Assembly: GCA_009923445.1 (NCBI GenBank)
Contig: RFTN01000002.1
Span: 102,436 to 166,435, forward strand
Length of the DNA stretch: 64,000 nucleotides
Direction: 5' to 3'
Origin: a bacterium
GTDB lineage: Bacteria; Patescibacteriota; Saccharimonadia; Saccharimonadales; SZUA-47
Shown: positions 1-10,119 of the stretch, piece after piece
How positions within the stretch are numbered: position 1 is the stretch's first letter
Layout of the letters: the number at the start of each line of letters is the position of its first letter
Made by a program: the position numbers and the translations under genes
Notes under the pieces: generated by a model
What the model was told of the DNA's origin: nothing
What the model saw: only the letters and a program-made list of their open reading frames with translations
Databases searched by the model: none

Positions 1-57
1 TCGTACTTATCATAATTATGAACAATTTACGAACATCAGCAATGGGGTAACGGGGAT

Positions 58-960
58 CTATTTTACGAAAACACGTTCTGCTAAACGAACATCTATATAC
101 TCGGTTTTTTCATTTATAATACCTGCCTGTTTTTTAATTGCTAAATAAGCTCCTGTTTGCTGCTTGGCATCACCACTAAGTAAAAACTTGATTATGTAAG
201 GTGCTTGTTTTGTTGTAATGTGCACCTCCCCTGCTCCTACGGGTAGCGATATCTTCTCTACGTCTATAGCTGCTAATTTCAGCTCTTCTGTGACTGATCT
301 TAAAAAAGATACATCGCTTGGTAATAACACTGCCGTACCGTTATTAGTCTTTATAGGTGCGCTATCAGCTACAATCATAAGGTTTTGTAAGACACTTTTT
401 TTTACTAACTCTGATCGCGCAAGTACGACACCATTTGCGCCTACAACTACTTCGTTACCATTAGCAGGCTTAAACAAAAACTCGGGTGTTATAAAGCTTA
501 ACCCTATACTTAACTGGCGACTAGTCAGTGGAATAGATACATTAACATCGTTAACTTCTGGATGTAGATTCTTGAACTTATTTTTGAACGATACATTATC
601 AAATGTTAGCTTAGACTTGTTAATTAAACTATCTTTCAATATAAGACTAGCAGAATCAATATATTGTTGTTTATTGTACAATGCCCTGTCTTCTTCTATA
701 ATAATTTTAGGTGTTGTATTGAGTATACTCGCTACAAATATCGCCACTGCAATGCAAAGTAGTGCGATGTATGAAGGCATCCTTTTAAAATGAGCACGAT
801 TCTGCCTTGAGCTAACCAATAATGAGCGTTTTGTTGATTCTGGCCTTACGACGGAGGCTAACGCATTGCTTTTTTGTGACTTGTAATAGTCGTTGTACGT
901 TTGCCTTGTTTGTACGGTTGCGCTGCGCCGCATATTTCGTTTATTTTTATCAAATACCAT
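58..960 (-). CDS. ftsQ: Cell division protein FtsQ/DivIB-like
   Basis: 300-aa ORF with a basic N-terminal tail, one TM helix (YIALLCIAVAIFVASIL) and a POTRA/FtsQ-like ectodomain. It is the last gene of the dcw run, immediately after murG. Confidence 0.7.
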   Translation of the reverse strand: MVFDKNKRNMRRSATVQTRQTYNDYYKSQKSNALASVVRPESTKRSLLVSSRQNRAHFKRMPSYIALLCIAVAIFVASILNTTPKIIIEEDRALYNKQQYIDSASLILKDSLINKSKLTFDNVSFKNKFKNLHPEVNDVNVSIPLTSRQLSIGLSFITPEFLFKPANGNEVVVGANGVVLARSELVKKSVLQNLMIVADSAPIKTNNGTAVLLPSDVSFLRSVTEELKLAAIDVEKISLPVGAGEVHITTKQAPYIIKFLLSGDAKQQTGAYLAIKKQAGIINEKTEYIDVRLAERVFVK

Positions 961-973
961 ACATTTTCTACGC

Positions 974-2146
974 CTACTTTTGTGATTTTTCTGCAGCAGC
1001 TAACAGTATACCCGCAAGTAATGAAGCACTATCTTTTGTCGCAAACTGAGATATGTTTTTAGATAACTGTTCGCGTTTTTCTTTATTATTTAGTAGCATC
1101 ACGGCGACATTTATAAGCTCATCTATGTGATCTTCTGAGACAACAATAGCAGCCTGTTTTTCTCTATATGCTTGGGCATTTTTTAACTGATGTCCTCCAG
1201 TAAGTACTGGGTTTGGTACGATTATACAGGCCTTACCCTGAGCAGAAAATTCTGCTAAATTTGTTGCCCCTGCTCTAGTTATAACAACGTCCGCTGCTTC
1301 GCCCAGTAGTGCGACACGGTCCGTAAATCCGTACACTACAACACGTTTGCGATCTATTTGAGAAAGCTCGGTATCGTAAAATGCATTAGCAGCTTCTTCA
1401 TTTGATCGACCCACTACATGAAATACATATAAATTAGAAATGTCTAATAATTTTTTTACATCAGCCATAATGACTTTGTTTATTCGCTCAGCCCCTAAAC
1501 CTCCGCCGATAATTAAAAGGGTCTGGGCTTTATGCGGTATGTGCAATGATTCTTTAGCTTTAGAAGTCGCTTGTTCTGTAACATGCTTGAATTTTGTCGC
1601 AATTGGCACACCTACTGATACTGTTTTATCGAAAGGATAATTGTACATTTCTTTTGGCAGCGCAACAGCGTGAATAGTAGCGCCCCTTGCTATAAGCCTA
1701 TTGGCAAGTCCTGGTATTGCGTCTGAATCATGGGTGACATATGGTATACGCAAAAAACGCGCCGCGAATGCGACAGGCACTCCTACAAAACCACCCTTGC
1801 AAAACAATACGCTCGGCCGCATGTGACGCAGTAGCCTAAATGACTGCACAAACCCAATACATACAAAAAAACTATCTCTTAAGTTTAGTGCTAATGTTTT
1901 TACATCAAGAAGCTGCTTTAAACCCTCGCCGTGGTATCTTCTGAATTTGCCGGCTCGTACAGTGTGAACGGCATTAAAAAGGCCCGACTTACTCATAATA
2001 TCACCTAGACCGTCGCCAGTTTGACCTATGTAAACAAGCATGTAATCAGGAGCAACTTTTTTGAGTTGTTCGGCAACGCTTATTACGGGCGTTAAATGGC
2101 CACCCGACCCACCGCCAGTCATTACAATTATTTTTTTCTTAGTCAT
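974..2146 (-). CDS. murG: Undecaprenyl-PP-MurNAc-pentapeptide GlcNAc transferase MurG
   Basis: N-terminal GGGSGGHLTP glycine loop with GT28-like length and layout. It sits between ftsW and ftsQ. Confidence 0.9.
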   Translation of the reverse strand: MTKKKIIVMTGGGSGGHLTPVISVAEQLKKVAPDYMLVYIGQTGDGLGDIMSKSGLFNAVHTVRAGKFRRYHGEGLKQLLDVKTLALNLRDSFFVCIGFVQSFRLLRHMRPSVLFCKGGFVGVPVAFAARFLRIPYVTHDSDAIPGLANRLIARGATIHAVALPKEMYNYPFDKTVSVGVPIATKFKHVTEQATSKAKESLHIPHKAQTLLIIGGGLGAERINKVIMADVKKLLDISNLYVFHVVGRSNEEAANAFYDTELSQIDRKRVVVYGFTDRVALLGEAADVVITRAGATNLAEFSAQGKACIIVPNPVLTGGHQLKNAQAYREKQAAIVVSEDHIDELINVAVMLLNNKEKREQLSKNISQFATKDSASLLAGILLAAAEKSQK

Positions 2147-3432
2147 GCCGAACGCCTTCTTACAATTAGTGGTCTTGGCCGCTGTTTATCACGCTGAACT
2201 GAACTATTTTCTTCCTGCGTATCTAGACGATTCGAAAATGTAGTATAGCGTGATACATGAAATACAATACCAAGCGCACCCGTTACAAACAATAGGCTCG
2301 TACCACCGTAACTAACAAACGGAAGCGTTATGCCTTTTAAAGGGAGTAGCCCTATCATGGCGCCGATGTTAATAATTGCCTGCATACTAAACCAGGCCAG
2401 TATACCGCCTACAATTAGTCGTGCGTATAAGCTTGGAGCCAACAACATTATTCGCTTCATTCTAGAAAACAATAACAGATATGTTACTATTACTAATGAT
2501 ACTCCAATGAATCCAAACTTTTCTGCAATAATTGCAAAAATTGAATCGTTTGCGGCCTCTGGTAGGTAGCCATTTGCTTGCACGCTTTTGCCAAGTCCCT
2601 TCCCTAATACTCCACCAGATCCTATAGCTATTAACGCCTGACACGATTGATACCCTGCGTTTTGACAGTCACTGGTTGGATGCAAAAATGTACTAAAACG
2701 ATCCACGCGGTAACGGAGCGATGGAACAACGAATGATGCTGCTAGCAACACGACAACACTAGCAGCTACGACAGCAGTTAGACCTAAAAACCTTTTGAGA
2801 GGCATGCCAGCAAGATACACTATACATACAATGATTGCCACCATAACTGCTGCCGAACCCAAGTCGCTCTGTAAACCCGCAACAATAATGGCAATACCAA
2901 TAATAATAATAATAATATATAGAAGTGGTTTTAATGTTTTTTGCCCATCACTAAGCTCACCGCGTAACGCTCGCATTGAAATAAAGTGCGCGCACCACAG
3001 TACAAGCGTTAGTTTTAAAAACTCAACAGTCTGAAACGATAAACCACTAAAGCGTATCCACCTATGGGCCGGATACTGTGCATTCACAGGAGTTAAAAGT
3101 GCACCAATCGTTAGCAGGCCTGCAAATAAAACCAAAACTGCTATTGATTGTCTCCATGCTCTGTAAGGGATAACCGAAAAAATTAAAAAAGTAGCTATTC
3201 CGAGAAAAATAGCGATAATTTGCTTACTCAATAAGTACTGCTCGCTTACTTGCCTGGCAGATGCTATACCTGGACTAATTGCATATACAACAACAAAACC
3301 AAGCGCCAATAGTACCAACGCCAACAGCGCAATAATATAGTCTGGTCGATGTTTACGAACGGTAATATCGTTATGATTAGCAGTGACAGCATGACGTGTA
3401 ATACGACGTTGCGACATGCTTACGAGGCTCAT
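2143..3432 (-). CDS. ftsW: SEDS peptidoglycan polymerase FtsW/RodA family
   Basis: About 10 TM helices and the C-terminal SEDS block LPLKGITLPFVSYGGTSLL. Overlaps the murG start by 4 nt. Confidence 0.85.
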   Translation of the reverse strand: MSLVSMSQRRITRHAVTANHNDITVRKHRPDYIIALLALVLLALGFVVVYAISPGIASARQVSEQYLLSKQIIAIFLGIATFLIFSVIPYRAWRQSIAVLVLFAGLLTIGALLTPVNAQYPAHRWIRFSGLSFQTVEFLKLTLVLWCAHFISMRALRGELSDGQKTLKPLLYIIIIIIGIAIIVAGLQSDLGSAAVMVAIIVCIVYLAGMPLKRFLGLTAVVAASVVVLLAASFVVPSLRYRVDRFSTFLHPTSDCQNAGYQSCQALIAIGSGGVLGKGLGKSVQANGYLPEAANDSIFAIIAEKFGFIGVSLVIVTYLLLFSRMKRIMLLAPSLYARLIVGGILAWFSMQAIINIGAMIGLLPLKGITLPFVSYGGTSLLFVTGALGIVFHVSRYTTFSNRLDTQEENSSVQRDKQRPRPLIVRRRSA

Positions 3433-4469
3433 TACGGAGTCCTACCTAAAAGGTACAATAGTATTCCAATGACAGCCGAAATTTGTCCTATTATCCAAAA
3501 GCGCATAGTAACTTTAGTTTCTGGCCAACCACTCGCCTCAAAATGATGATGAATTGGTGCAATTTTGAATATTTTTTTGCCATTACGAAGTTTTTTACTA
3601 GCTATTTGCAGTAAACTTGAACCAGCCTCTGTCACAAACAAAAGACCAATTATTGGTAGGATCAAGACTGTATCGGTTAAGAGCGCAACTACACCAAGTG
3701 CAGTTCCAAGAGCAAATGATCCGACATCACCCATAAAAAATCTAGCTGGAAAGATATTAAACCATGTATAGCTTAGTAGTGCACCGACTATTGTGAGGCA
3801 GAACCCTGCTATACCATAGCGACCCTCCAGCATGGCGATTATGGCATATGCTGAGAAAGCTGATACACATAACCCGCCGGCAAGTCCGTCAAGACCGTCA
3901 CTTATGTTCACTGCGTTCGCACAAGAGACTACAACGAGTACAAATAGCGGTATTACAAAAATACCGAGTGCGAGTTGACCAAAAAATGGCACATGAATAC
4001 CCGTTACATCTAGCTTTGCGTAAAACCACCACCCACCCACGGCTGCAACTGCAAATATAAGCCACGATTTTAGTGAAGCTCTCATACCAGCTATACCACC
4101 ACCAAATCCACGAATATTTAAAATATCATCGACGAGTCCTATGCAACCGGCACCTACCATAGCAGAGAGTGGCAGCCATGTATCAACACGGCTTAAGTTA
4201 GCGACGAGTGTTATTAATAGCGTAGTAAGTACAAAAATACTACCCGCCATTGTGGGGATATTTCGTCGATGCTTTTTAGCGTGTAGCTGCTGATAGACCG
4301 TGGCCGACTCGCCGGTCACTGCATTTGTACGTGCTTTTTTCCACCACTCATATTTATAGGCTAGGGTTGTATAAAGCGGTGTTATGGCCATACTGAGTGC
4401 GAATGCAAAAAAAGCGAATAAGAATGGCTGTAAAACTGTCGACAGATCAAGGCTAATGTTTAAATTCAT
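3432..4469 (-). CDS. mraY: Phospho-N-acetylmuramoyl-pentapeptide transferase MraY
   Basis: Polytopic membrane protein carrying the MraY blocks NAVNISDGLDGLA, MGDVGS and APIHHHFE. Confidence 0.92.
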   Translation of the reverse strand: MNLNISLDLSTVLQPFLFAFFAFALSMAITPLYTTLAYKYEWWKKARTNAVTGESATVYQQLHAKKHRRNIPTMAGSIFVLTTLLITLVANLSRVDTWLPLSAMVGAGCIGLVDDILNIRGFGGGIAGMRASLKSWLIFAVAAVGGWWFYAKLDVTGIHVPFFGQLALGIFVIPLFVLVVVSCANAVNISDGLDGLAGGLCVSAFSAYAIIAMLEGRYGIAGFCLTIVGALLSYTWFNIFPARFFMGDVGSFALGTALGVVALLTDTVLILPIIGLLFVTEAGSSLLQIASKKLRNGKKIFKIAPIHHHFEASGWPETKVTMRFWIIGQISAVIGILLYLLGRTP

Positions 4470-4511
4470 TATTTTTATTGTTACTTACTATACAAGCTAG
4501 TATACCATAAG

Positions 4512-6275
4512 TTAAGGATTAGATACGTTAAACGAATCGATTAACATGTTAGACAGCGCAGCAAAAAGAGGTGCTGCAGCTTGTGCGCCAGCGTACCCCG
4601 CCACACCCGGCTCGTTCACGCGAACAACTATGACGTACTGGGGATTGTCTTTTCCTACAAATCCCAAATAAGTTCCATTGTAGCGATCCTTATAGTAGCC
4701 ACCTTCTTCTTTGGCAATTTCAGCCGTACCCGTTTTACCACCAACAGTATAGCCATTACGTACTGCAGGACGATTATTTTTTTGAACTACGTAGTTCATT
4801 AAATCACGCATTTCTTTTGAAATTTGTGGTGTTACAACACCAGTACGTACTACCTCGGGTTTTTTGATAGTTTCGAAACCAACCTTTGAAATTGTTTTTT
4901 GAACAAGACGCGGCTTATAATATGTGCCGTCATTTATGACGGCTGCCAGTGCCGCGCCCATTTGCAGCGGCGTAGCAGTCATTCCCTGCCCAAATGCTGT
5001 GTTTGCGTAACGAATATTCAAGCCATATCCTTCGGTTGGGCTTGGTATAATTCCAGCTTCTTCATAGCCCTGCTCAATCCCGGTTTTGCTACCAAAACCA
5101 TATTGCTTTGTCATAAAATCATACCATTTTGTGCGGGCTTGATAATTTATTTGACCACCACCCATTTGCATTAAAAGCCATGTAGCCCCCGTGTTAAGCG
5201 AAAGCTGTAAGATATCTGCAATACTTCGCACACCCGCTCCACCGTCTTCTTCTATATTATTAATAGTCGCGTCGTCAACCTTAAATCTACTTGGATCATA
5301 ATACGTACTATCTTTTGTGACAACGCCGTACTGTAACGCTGCAGCAGCTGTAAGTGGCTTCATTATTGAACCGACTTCAAGTGGGGCACTAACCGAGGCA
5401 TTTAAGAACAAACCAGTATCTGCTACACTCGAAAATTCGCTTGGACTGTACGTCGGATAGTTTGCCATAGCTTTTATTGCGCCAGTTTTGGCTTCGAGTA
5501 TAAGTGCGCTTCCTGATTTACTTTTAGCGGCATCAAGACCTGACTTTAAAATATCCTCTAATTGGCGCTGCATTCCGACATCGATTGTCAGCACAACATC
5601 ATCACCTTCTGTCGGATCAATAAGAATGTTATCACCCGAGGCGAGCAATGGCACACCCTTTTGATCTGTTATGGCCTTCAAACGACCATCTTGACCTCTA
5701 AGCAAAGCATCGAGAGATTCTTCAACACCATATCTGCCCTTATTTGAGTCATCGACAAATCCAAGTAGCTGAGAGGCGAGTTCTCCCTGCGGATACGTAC
5801 GAATAGTAACCTCATCTTCAAACACACCGATAAGATCAAGTTGTTTTATGTTGACATGTACATCTTTAGTTTGTTTTTTAGCTAGAATGACATAGCGAGA
5901 ATTTTCACTAAGTTTACTTATTAAATCGTTAACGGGTAATGATAAAACCGGGGCCAATATTTCAGCGCTTTTCGAAGGATCTTTTATTAGTTTTGGATCA
6001 GCAATTATATTATAACGTTTCTCGTTTAAAACGAGTGGCACTACACTGCTCCCATCGAGTGCGCGTATTGTTCCGCGTTCTGCAGGAATGTCATATTGCT
6101 TTAACTGTCCCAGCAATGCCGACCTTTGATAATAGTCATGTCTGAACACTTGGAGATAAAAAAGTCTTGCTGTAAATATTCCAAATATAATAATAAGCAA
6201 CGTGTACCAAAGTGTAATACGCTGCTTTAAAATAGAATTTTTAGTGGATATACTTTCGTATGTATTTGTAAGCAT
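4512..6275 (-). CDS. ftsI: Class B penicillin-binding protein (FtsI/PBP2 transpeptidase)
   Basis: N-terminal TM anchor plus a dimerisation domain. Transpeptidase motifs are SxxK (SIMK), SxN (SLN) and KTG (KTGTA). Confidence 0.88.
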   Translation of the reverse strand: MLTNTYESISTKNSILKQRITLWYTLLIIIFGIFTARLFYLQVFRHDYYQRSALLGQLKQYDIPAERGTIRALDGSSVVPLVLNEKRYNIIADPKLIKDPSKSAEILAPVLSLPVNDLISKLSENSRYVILAKKQTKDVHVNIKQLDLIGVFEDEVTIRTYPQGELASQLLGFVDDSNKGRYGVEESLDALLRGQDGRLKAITDQKGVPLLASGDNILIDPTEGDDVVLTIDVGMQRQLEDILKSGLDAAKSKSGSALILEAKTGAIKAMANYPTYSPSEFSSVADTGLFLNASVSAPLEVGSIMKPLTAAAALQYGVVTKDSTYYDPSRFKVDDATINNIEEDGGAGVRSIADILQLSLNTGATWLLMQMGGGQINYQARTKWYDFMTKQYGFGSKTGIEQGYEEAGIIPSPTEGYGLNIRYANTAFGQGMTATPLQMGAALAAVINDGTYYKPRLVQKTISKVGFETIKKPEVVRTGVVTPQISKEMRDLMNYVVQKNNRPAVRNGYTVGGKTGTAEIAKEEGGYYKDRYNGTYLGFVGKDNPQYVIVVRVNEPGVAGYAGAQAAAPLFAALSNMLIDSFNVSNP

Positions 6276-6301
6276 ACAGATAATTTTCCACTCGCTAGAA
6301 A

Positions 6302-6646
6302 CTAATTTTGTATAGCTGTAGGAGCAATAGATACGAGAGAAATCGCTTGTGAACTCTTCTTAATTGTATCAAGAGCCTGAAGTCTAGCAGCCGTAACCTC
6401 TAACTCGTCACGCTGCTCTTTTAAATTCGACTGCTCGTTTTGTAATTTTTTAATTTGATAACTGTATGCGTTTGTTTTGGTTACCTGTGTTAGGTACACC
6501 AACCCTAATAAACAAGCCAATATCACCAATACGACAGCATAACTTATAGGGCCTAGACGAAGTGATTCTTTTTTAAAACTAATAGAGTTTTGGTTGCGAC
6601 GTGCGTACCTGTTTCGGCCAACACTCATAGTTGATGAATATGTCAT
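6302..6646 (-). CDS. ftsL: FtsL-like septation protein (single TM plus coiled coil)
   Basis: Position between rsmH and ftsI. TM helix AVVLVILACLLGLVYL is followed by a heptad-like segment, KKLQNEQSNLKEQRDELEV. I chose the ATG at 6646; the longer ORF to 6721 would run through an 11-bp hairpin. Confidence 0.55.
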   Translation of the reverse strand: MTYSSTMSVGRNRYARRNQNSISFKKESLRLGPISYAVVLVILACLLGLVYLTQVTKTNAYSYQIKKLQNEQSNLKEQRDELEVTAARLQALDTIKKSSQAISLVSIAPTAIQN

Positions 6647-6693
6647 ATTGTTTTTTTTAAGCCCATTTTTATTTTTAAATTCAATGTTTATAC

Positions 6694-6729
6694 AACCTAG
6701 CGTGTAATACTTATAAAACACGCTAGGTT
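6694..6729. other. 11-bp perfect stem hairpin in the rsmH-ftsL spacer
   Basis: AACCTAGCGTG (6694-6704) and CACGCTAGGTT (6719-6729) flank a 14-nt A/T loop. Confidence 0.6.
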
Positions 6730-6954
6730 AGGTTTTATCATAAAGTCAGTCAAGTGTGTTTATATTTTATAAACTACACTACCCTGACAACAACCTTATA
6801 GGCCCGAGAAGAACTTTTAACCTGTATAGGCATATCCTACTCCAATCTTTTTATTGGACACCACGAATAACTTTGCATACACTAAAAATACCAGAGTTAT
6901 TATAAGAACTATGTCTTAATTTCTTATGATTTTTATGTTTATGTCTTTTGTGGT

Positions 6955-7851
6955 TTATCCATTTGTTTTTATTTTCGCTACGGCACGTAGTTTAGCGCTA
7001 CGAGCACGCGGGTTGATAAGCAATTCGTTTGGCCCAGCTGTAATTGGTCGTTTAGTAAGTATGGTTAGGTTAGCGTCATAACTGTCAGAGTGTTCATTGA
7101 AGTATCGCTTAACTATACGATCTTCTAAGCTATGGAAACTAATAACAGCTAAACGCCCACCCGGGGCAAGTAATGACTCCCATAAAGGCAACGAGCTTTG
7201 CAGTTGTTGCAATTCATCGTTTACCGCAATACGTATTGCTTGAAACGTACGTGTTGCTGGATGTACTTTACTATACCCCGGCCAAGCCTGGGCAACTATT
7301 TCGGCAAGTTCATGGGTTGTTTCGATTGGCCTGTTTTCTACAAGTATTGCTGCTATTTTTTTAGCTTTTGGCTCTTCACCATACACTCGCAACAATACTT
7401 CTAGTTGTTCTACGCTGTAGCTATTTACTACATCATAGGCGGACAATGCGGCGGTTTGATCCATACGCATGTCTAGCGGGCCATTATGTTGAATCGAAAA
7501 TCCACGACTCGACTCGTTAAGGTGCGGTGACGATACTCCTATATCCGCCAAAATAAGGTCAAAAGTTTTGCCCTCACCTGCTAGTTTTTTGCTCGCAGAT
7601 AGAAAATCTGAATGCAGCACGGTAACCCGCTTTTTAAATAAAATTTCGAGTTCACGCACGGCATTACAATCCCTGTCAACTAATACACTTAGTGGTGAAA
7701 AACCTATTTTATTAAGTATTTCATTTGCGTGTCCACCATAACCTGCCGTTAGGTCAAGGTATGTTTCGCCGTTTTTTGGTTTTAGTATGGACACTACTTC
7801 TTGGAGTAGTACGGGGACGTGATTTTTTTGTTTTGGTGTGTTTATTTGCAT
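6955..7851 (-). CDS. rsmH: 16S rRNA (cytosine1402-N4)-methyltransferase RsmH (MraW)
   Basis: HVPVLLQEV start block, the SAM-binding block DLTAGYGGH, and SFHSLEDRIVK. The ATG at 7851 is preferred over the GTG at 7884. Confidence 0.9.
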   Translation of the reverse strand: MQINTPKQKNHVPVLLQEVVSILKPKNGETYLDLTAGYGGHANEILNKIGFSPLSVLVDRDCNAVRELEILFKKRVTVLHSDFLSASKKLAGEGKTFDLILADIGVSSPHLNESSRGFSIQHNGPLDMRMDQTAALSAYDVVNSYSVEQLEVLLRVYGEEPKAKKIAAILVENRPIETTHELAEIVAQAWPGYSKVHPATRTFQAIRIAVNDELQQLQSSLPLWESLLAPGGRLAVISFHSLEDRIVKRYFNEHSDSYDANLTILTKRPITAGPNELLINPRARSAKLRAVAKIKTNG

Positions 7852-8183
7852 CTTGTACTTGTTTTTTTGTTTTTGCAAGGTCACCTAATCAGCAGCCAAC
7901 TATTTGTTTTTTTGTTGTTTTTGTTTTTGTTATGACACTAGCTGAATGTTAGAAGGTGTAAATTTAGATTTGAAAAATCTATATAACTTCTTTCTTCTAG
8001 TATCTTGAGAGACTTATGTGAGGTGGAGTTTTGGGAGGTGTCTTGTGAGAATGTGCGAAGGTTTTTAAAGTGGTGCCTTAGGATCCACTTGTTGACTGCC
8101 AATTAGCTAACCTCGAGTCGTTTAATCGATGTTTTTGCTAATTGCTTACCAAGTTGTCAAAGACCTTTTGCAATACTCTTTTG

Positions 8184-8567
8184 CTAACTCACTTTAGAAA
8201 TGAGCCGCCAGTATTTGCCTACCCTAACAGCTGCTATGTCACGCTTTATATCGGCGTAATCCAGCAAGTGCTGCTCAATCGTAAACCTTCCTTGCTTGTC
8301 GTCTAGGATGGTTTCGACCTTGCCCATTCGGAATTGCACGTTAAGGTCTGCTATTTTTTCGTCGAGGATATTCCCCGATAGCTGCGGCTCAACGAGCTCG
8401 TTCCAAACTGATAATGGGTACAGGTGCAGATAGTTTTTGTAGCCCCTTGTTATAACTACTCCGCTCGAAAACTCAGCACGAATTTCAGTCGGTATTGTTA
8501 ACCGCCGCTTGTCGTCAAGCTTCCTTTCGAAGTAATCTGTTTGGGCCATATTTTTTAAATCTGCCAA
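8184..8567 (-). CDS. mraZ: Transcriptional regulator MraZ
   Basis: Two SpoVT/AbrB-like halves, each with a DxxxR-type block (DDKRRLTIP and DDKQGRFTI). First gene of the dcw cluster. Confidence 0.88.
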   Translation of the reverse strand: MADLKNMAQTDYFERKLDDKRRLTIPTEIRAEFSSGVVITRGYKNYLHLYPLSVWNELVEPQLSGNILDEKIADLNVQFRMGKVETILDDKQGRFTIEQHLLDYADIKRDIAAVRVGKYWRLISKVS

Positions 8568-8599
8568 GTGGTTTTTGTTTTTTAGCGCGGAGTTTGGTT

Positions 8600-8645
8600 A
8601 CCCACGTTTACCCACTGAACTAACAATACTACCCACGCTCACCCA
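8600..8645 (-). promoter_or_regulatory. Four TGGGT direct repeats (candidate MraZ operator)
   Basis: On the mraZ coding strand, TGGGT occurs at 8645-8641, 8635-8631, 8614-8610 and 8604-8600. Spacing is 10 nt within each pair and 21 nt between pairs. This matches the TGGGN-N5 repeat architecture described for E. coli MraZ. Confidence 0.6.
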
Positions 8646-8651
8646 CTGCAA
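8623..8651 (-). promoter_or_regulatory. Candidate mraZ/dcw promoter (TTGCAG-17-TATTGT)
   Basis: -35 TTGCAG (8651-8646), 17-nt spacer, -10 TATTGT (8628-8623). Two of the TGGGT boxes lie inside the spacer. Confidence 0.5.
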
Positions 8652-8783
8652 GTATATTTTAAATAGAATTACGAGTATTGCGCGACTTATCCACAGTTTT
8701 AATGCTGGTTTTATTACAGACACAACATGCAGCGTTCTAAAGCTGTACTTCGCCACTAGTCTGATAGTAGCTCAGCTTCAATA

Positions 8784-10076
8784 TTATTTGCGGTTGGCAA
8801 GCCAGGTAGCCCACCACTTGGCGCTCGGTCGTATTGTACGTTTCATGCCGTTTTCTCGATCAACTGCTATAAGTCCAAATTTTGGCCACCAGCCATATGC
8901 CCACTCAAAGTTATCAAGTAAACTCCAATGTAAATAGCCCTGTACTTTTATGCCTTCGCTTAATGCACGCTCAATTGAAATCATAGATTCTTCGATCCAC
9001 CACCTTCGATATTCTTCTTGGGCATCAGCAACACCATTCTCAGTAATAATAATCGGCTTTTTGTAGTGCGACCAAATACGCACCATTAGCGGGTATATGC
9101 CCTCGGGCTCCATATACCATCCTAGGTCATTTTTAGGAACTTCGGGGTTAGCCCGAGTAAAGAACTTTCCTTTTATGATCGATCGAATGCCCAAGAACTG
9201 GTAGTAATCGGTAAAGTAGTAGTTAAAGCCAACAAAATCCTGATAGTTTTTTATACGATTTAAAAACCACCAGTTCCAAAAATATCTCATCCACCACGTG
9301 ACGACTTGATCAAGTATATTATGCGGGCGTTTTGCTTGTATGTTTGCTAGTTGTGGCGCAATTCCAATTTGTAAATGTTTGTATGATTTTTTTAAATAGC
9401 GATACGTTCGCCTATGAGCAACAGCAAGATTATAGTAGACACACATAAATTGTAGTGGTTTTTTAACATTGGGTGGCCATTCGCCCGTTAAATAACCAAA
9501 AGATGCGTACACGTTAGGCTCATTTAGCGTAATTATATATTTTAGATCAGCTATCTGTAGTTCTGCGCAGAGTTGTTGCACGAATTTATCAAAATACGCT
9601 AAATTGGAACGTTTTGCAAAGCCGCCCTTTTTAGCAAACCATACAGGCAGTGTCCAGTGCCAAATGTTAAGAACCGGCTCAATACCCAAATCGATCATTG
9701 CTTGAATGTAGTTTCTGTAATGTTCCCATTCGTGCTTGTTCCACACACCTTCTTCAGGCTCAACTCTTGACCATTCAATGCCGAAACGTAAACTGTTTAA
9801 ATTTAGCTTTTTTAAAAGAGCCAAATCATGTCGATAGACTTTATAGTGTTCGATACCACGCCCAGAAATATAGTTTTTTGGTGTCTCGGCTTGGGCGCGA
9901 AACTTCTGCCAGTCTGGTAGCCATAATAAACGTTTATTAGCGGTTTTGGCTTGCTGCGCTGCAACCGACAACTCCCACTCTGTCCATTGATTGTGATTGT
10001 GTCCCTCAACTTGGTGGCTGGCGGTACTTGCTCCCCATAAAAAATTTTTCGGAAAGAGCTTTTTTTGTTTATCCAT
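8784..10076 (-). CDS. Glycoside hydrolase family 1 beta-glucosidase
   Basis: GH1 signatures FLWGASTASHQVEG, TLNEPN (acid/base Glu) and ITENG (nucleophile Glu). Confidence 0.9.
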   Translation of the reverse strand: MDKQKKLFPKNFLWGASTASHQVEGHNHNQWTEWELSVAAQQAKTANKRLLWLPDWQKFRAQAETPKNYISGRGIEHYKVYRHDLALLKKLNLNSLRFGIEWSRVEPEEGVWNKHEWEHYRNYIQAMIDLGIEPVLNIWHWTLPVWFAKKGGFAKRSNLAYFDKFVQQLCAELQIADLKYIITLNEPNVYASFGYLTGEWPPNVKKPLQFMCVYYNLAVAHRRTYRYLKKSYKHLQIGIAPQLANIQAKRPHNILDQVVTWWMRYFWNWWFLNRIKNYQDFVGFNYYFTDYYQFLGIRSIIKGKFFTRANPEVPKNDLGWYMEPEGIYPLMVRIWSHYKKPIIITENGVADAQEEYRRWWIEESMISIERALSEGIKVQGYLHWSLLDNFEWAYGWWPKFGLIAVDRENGMKRTIRPSAKWWATWLANRK

Positions 10077-10119
10077 AAGCCTTATTGTAACAAAACCGCT
10101 CGCCCGAAGTACTACAGAA

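Noticed and set aside
218-793. 191-aa plus-strand ORF antisense to ftsQ. Similar long antisense ORFs occur at 30262-31101, 40932-41522, 20821-21327, 10130-10489, 55018-55386 and 59560-59922.
   Set aside because: They lie entirely inside well-supported minus-strand genes. They have Ser/Pro/Thr/Cys-rich, low-complexity composition and no start-site signals. They are typical shadow ORFs.
8575-8937. 120-aa plus-strand ORF upstream of mraZ.
   Set aside because: It runs through the mraZ promoter and TGGGT operator region and into the 3' end of the GH1 gene. Its composition is not protein-like.
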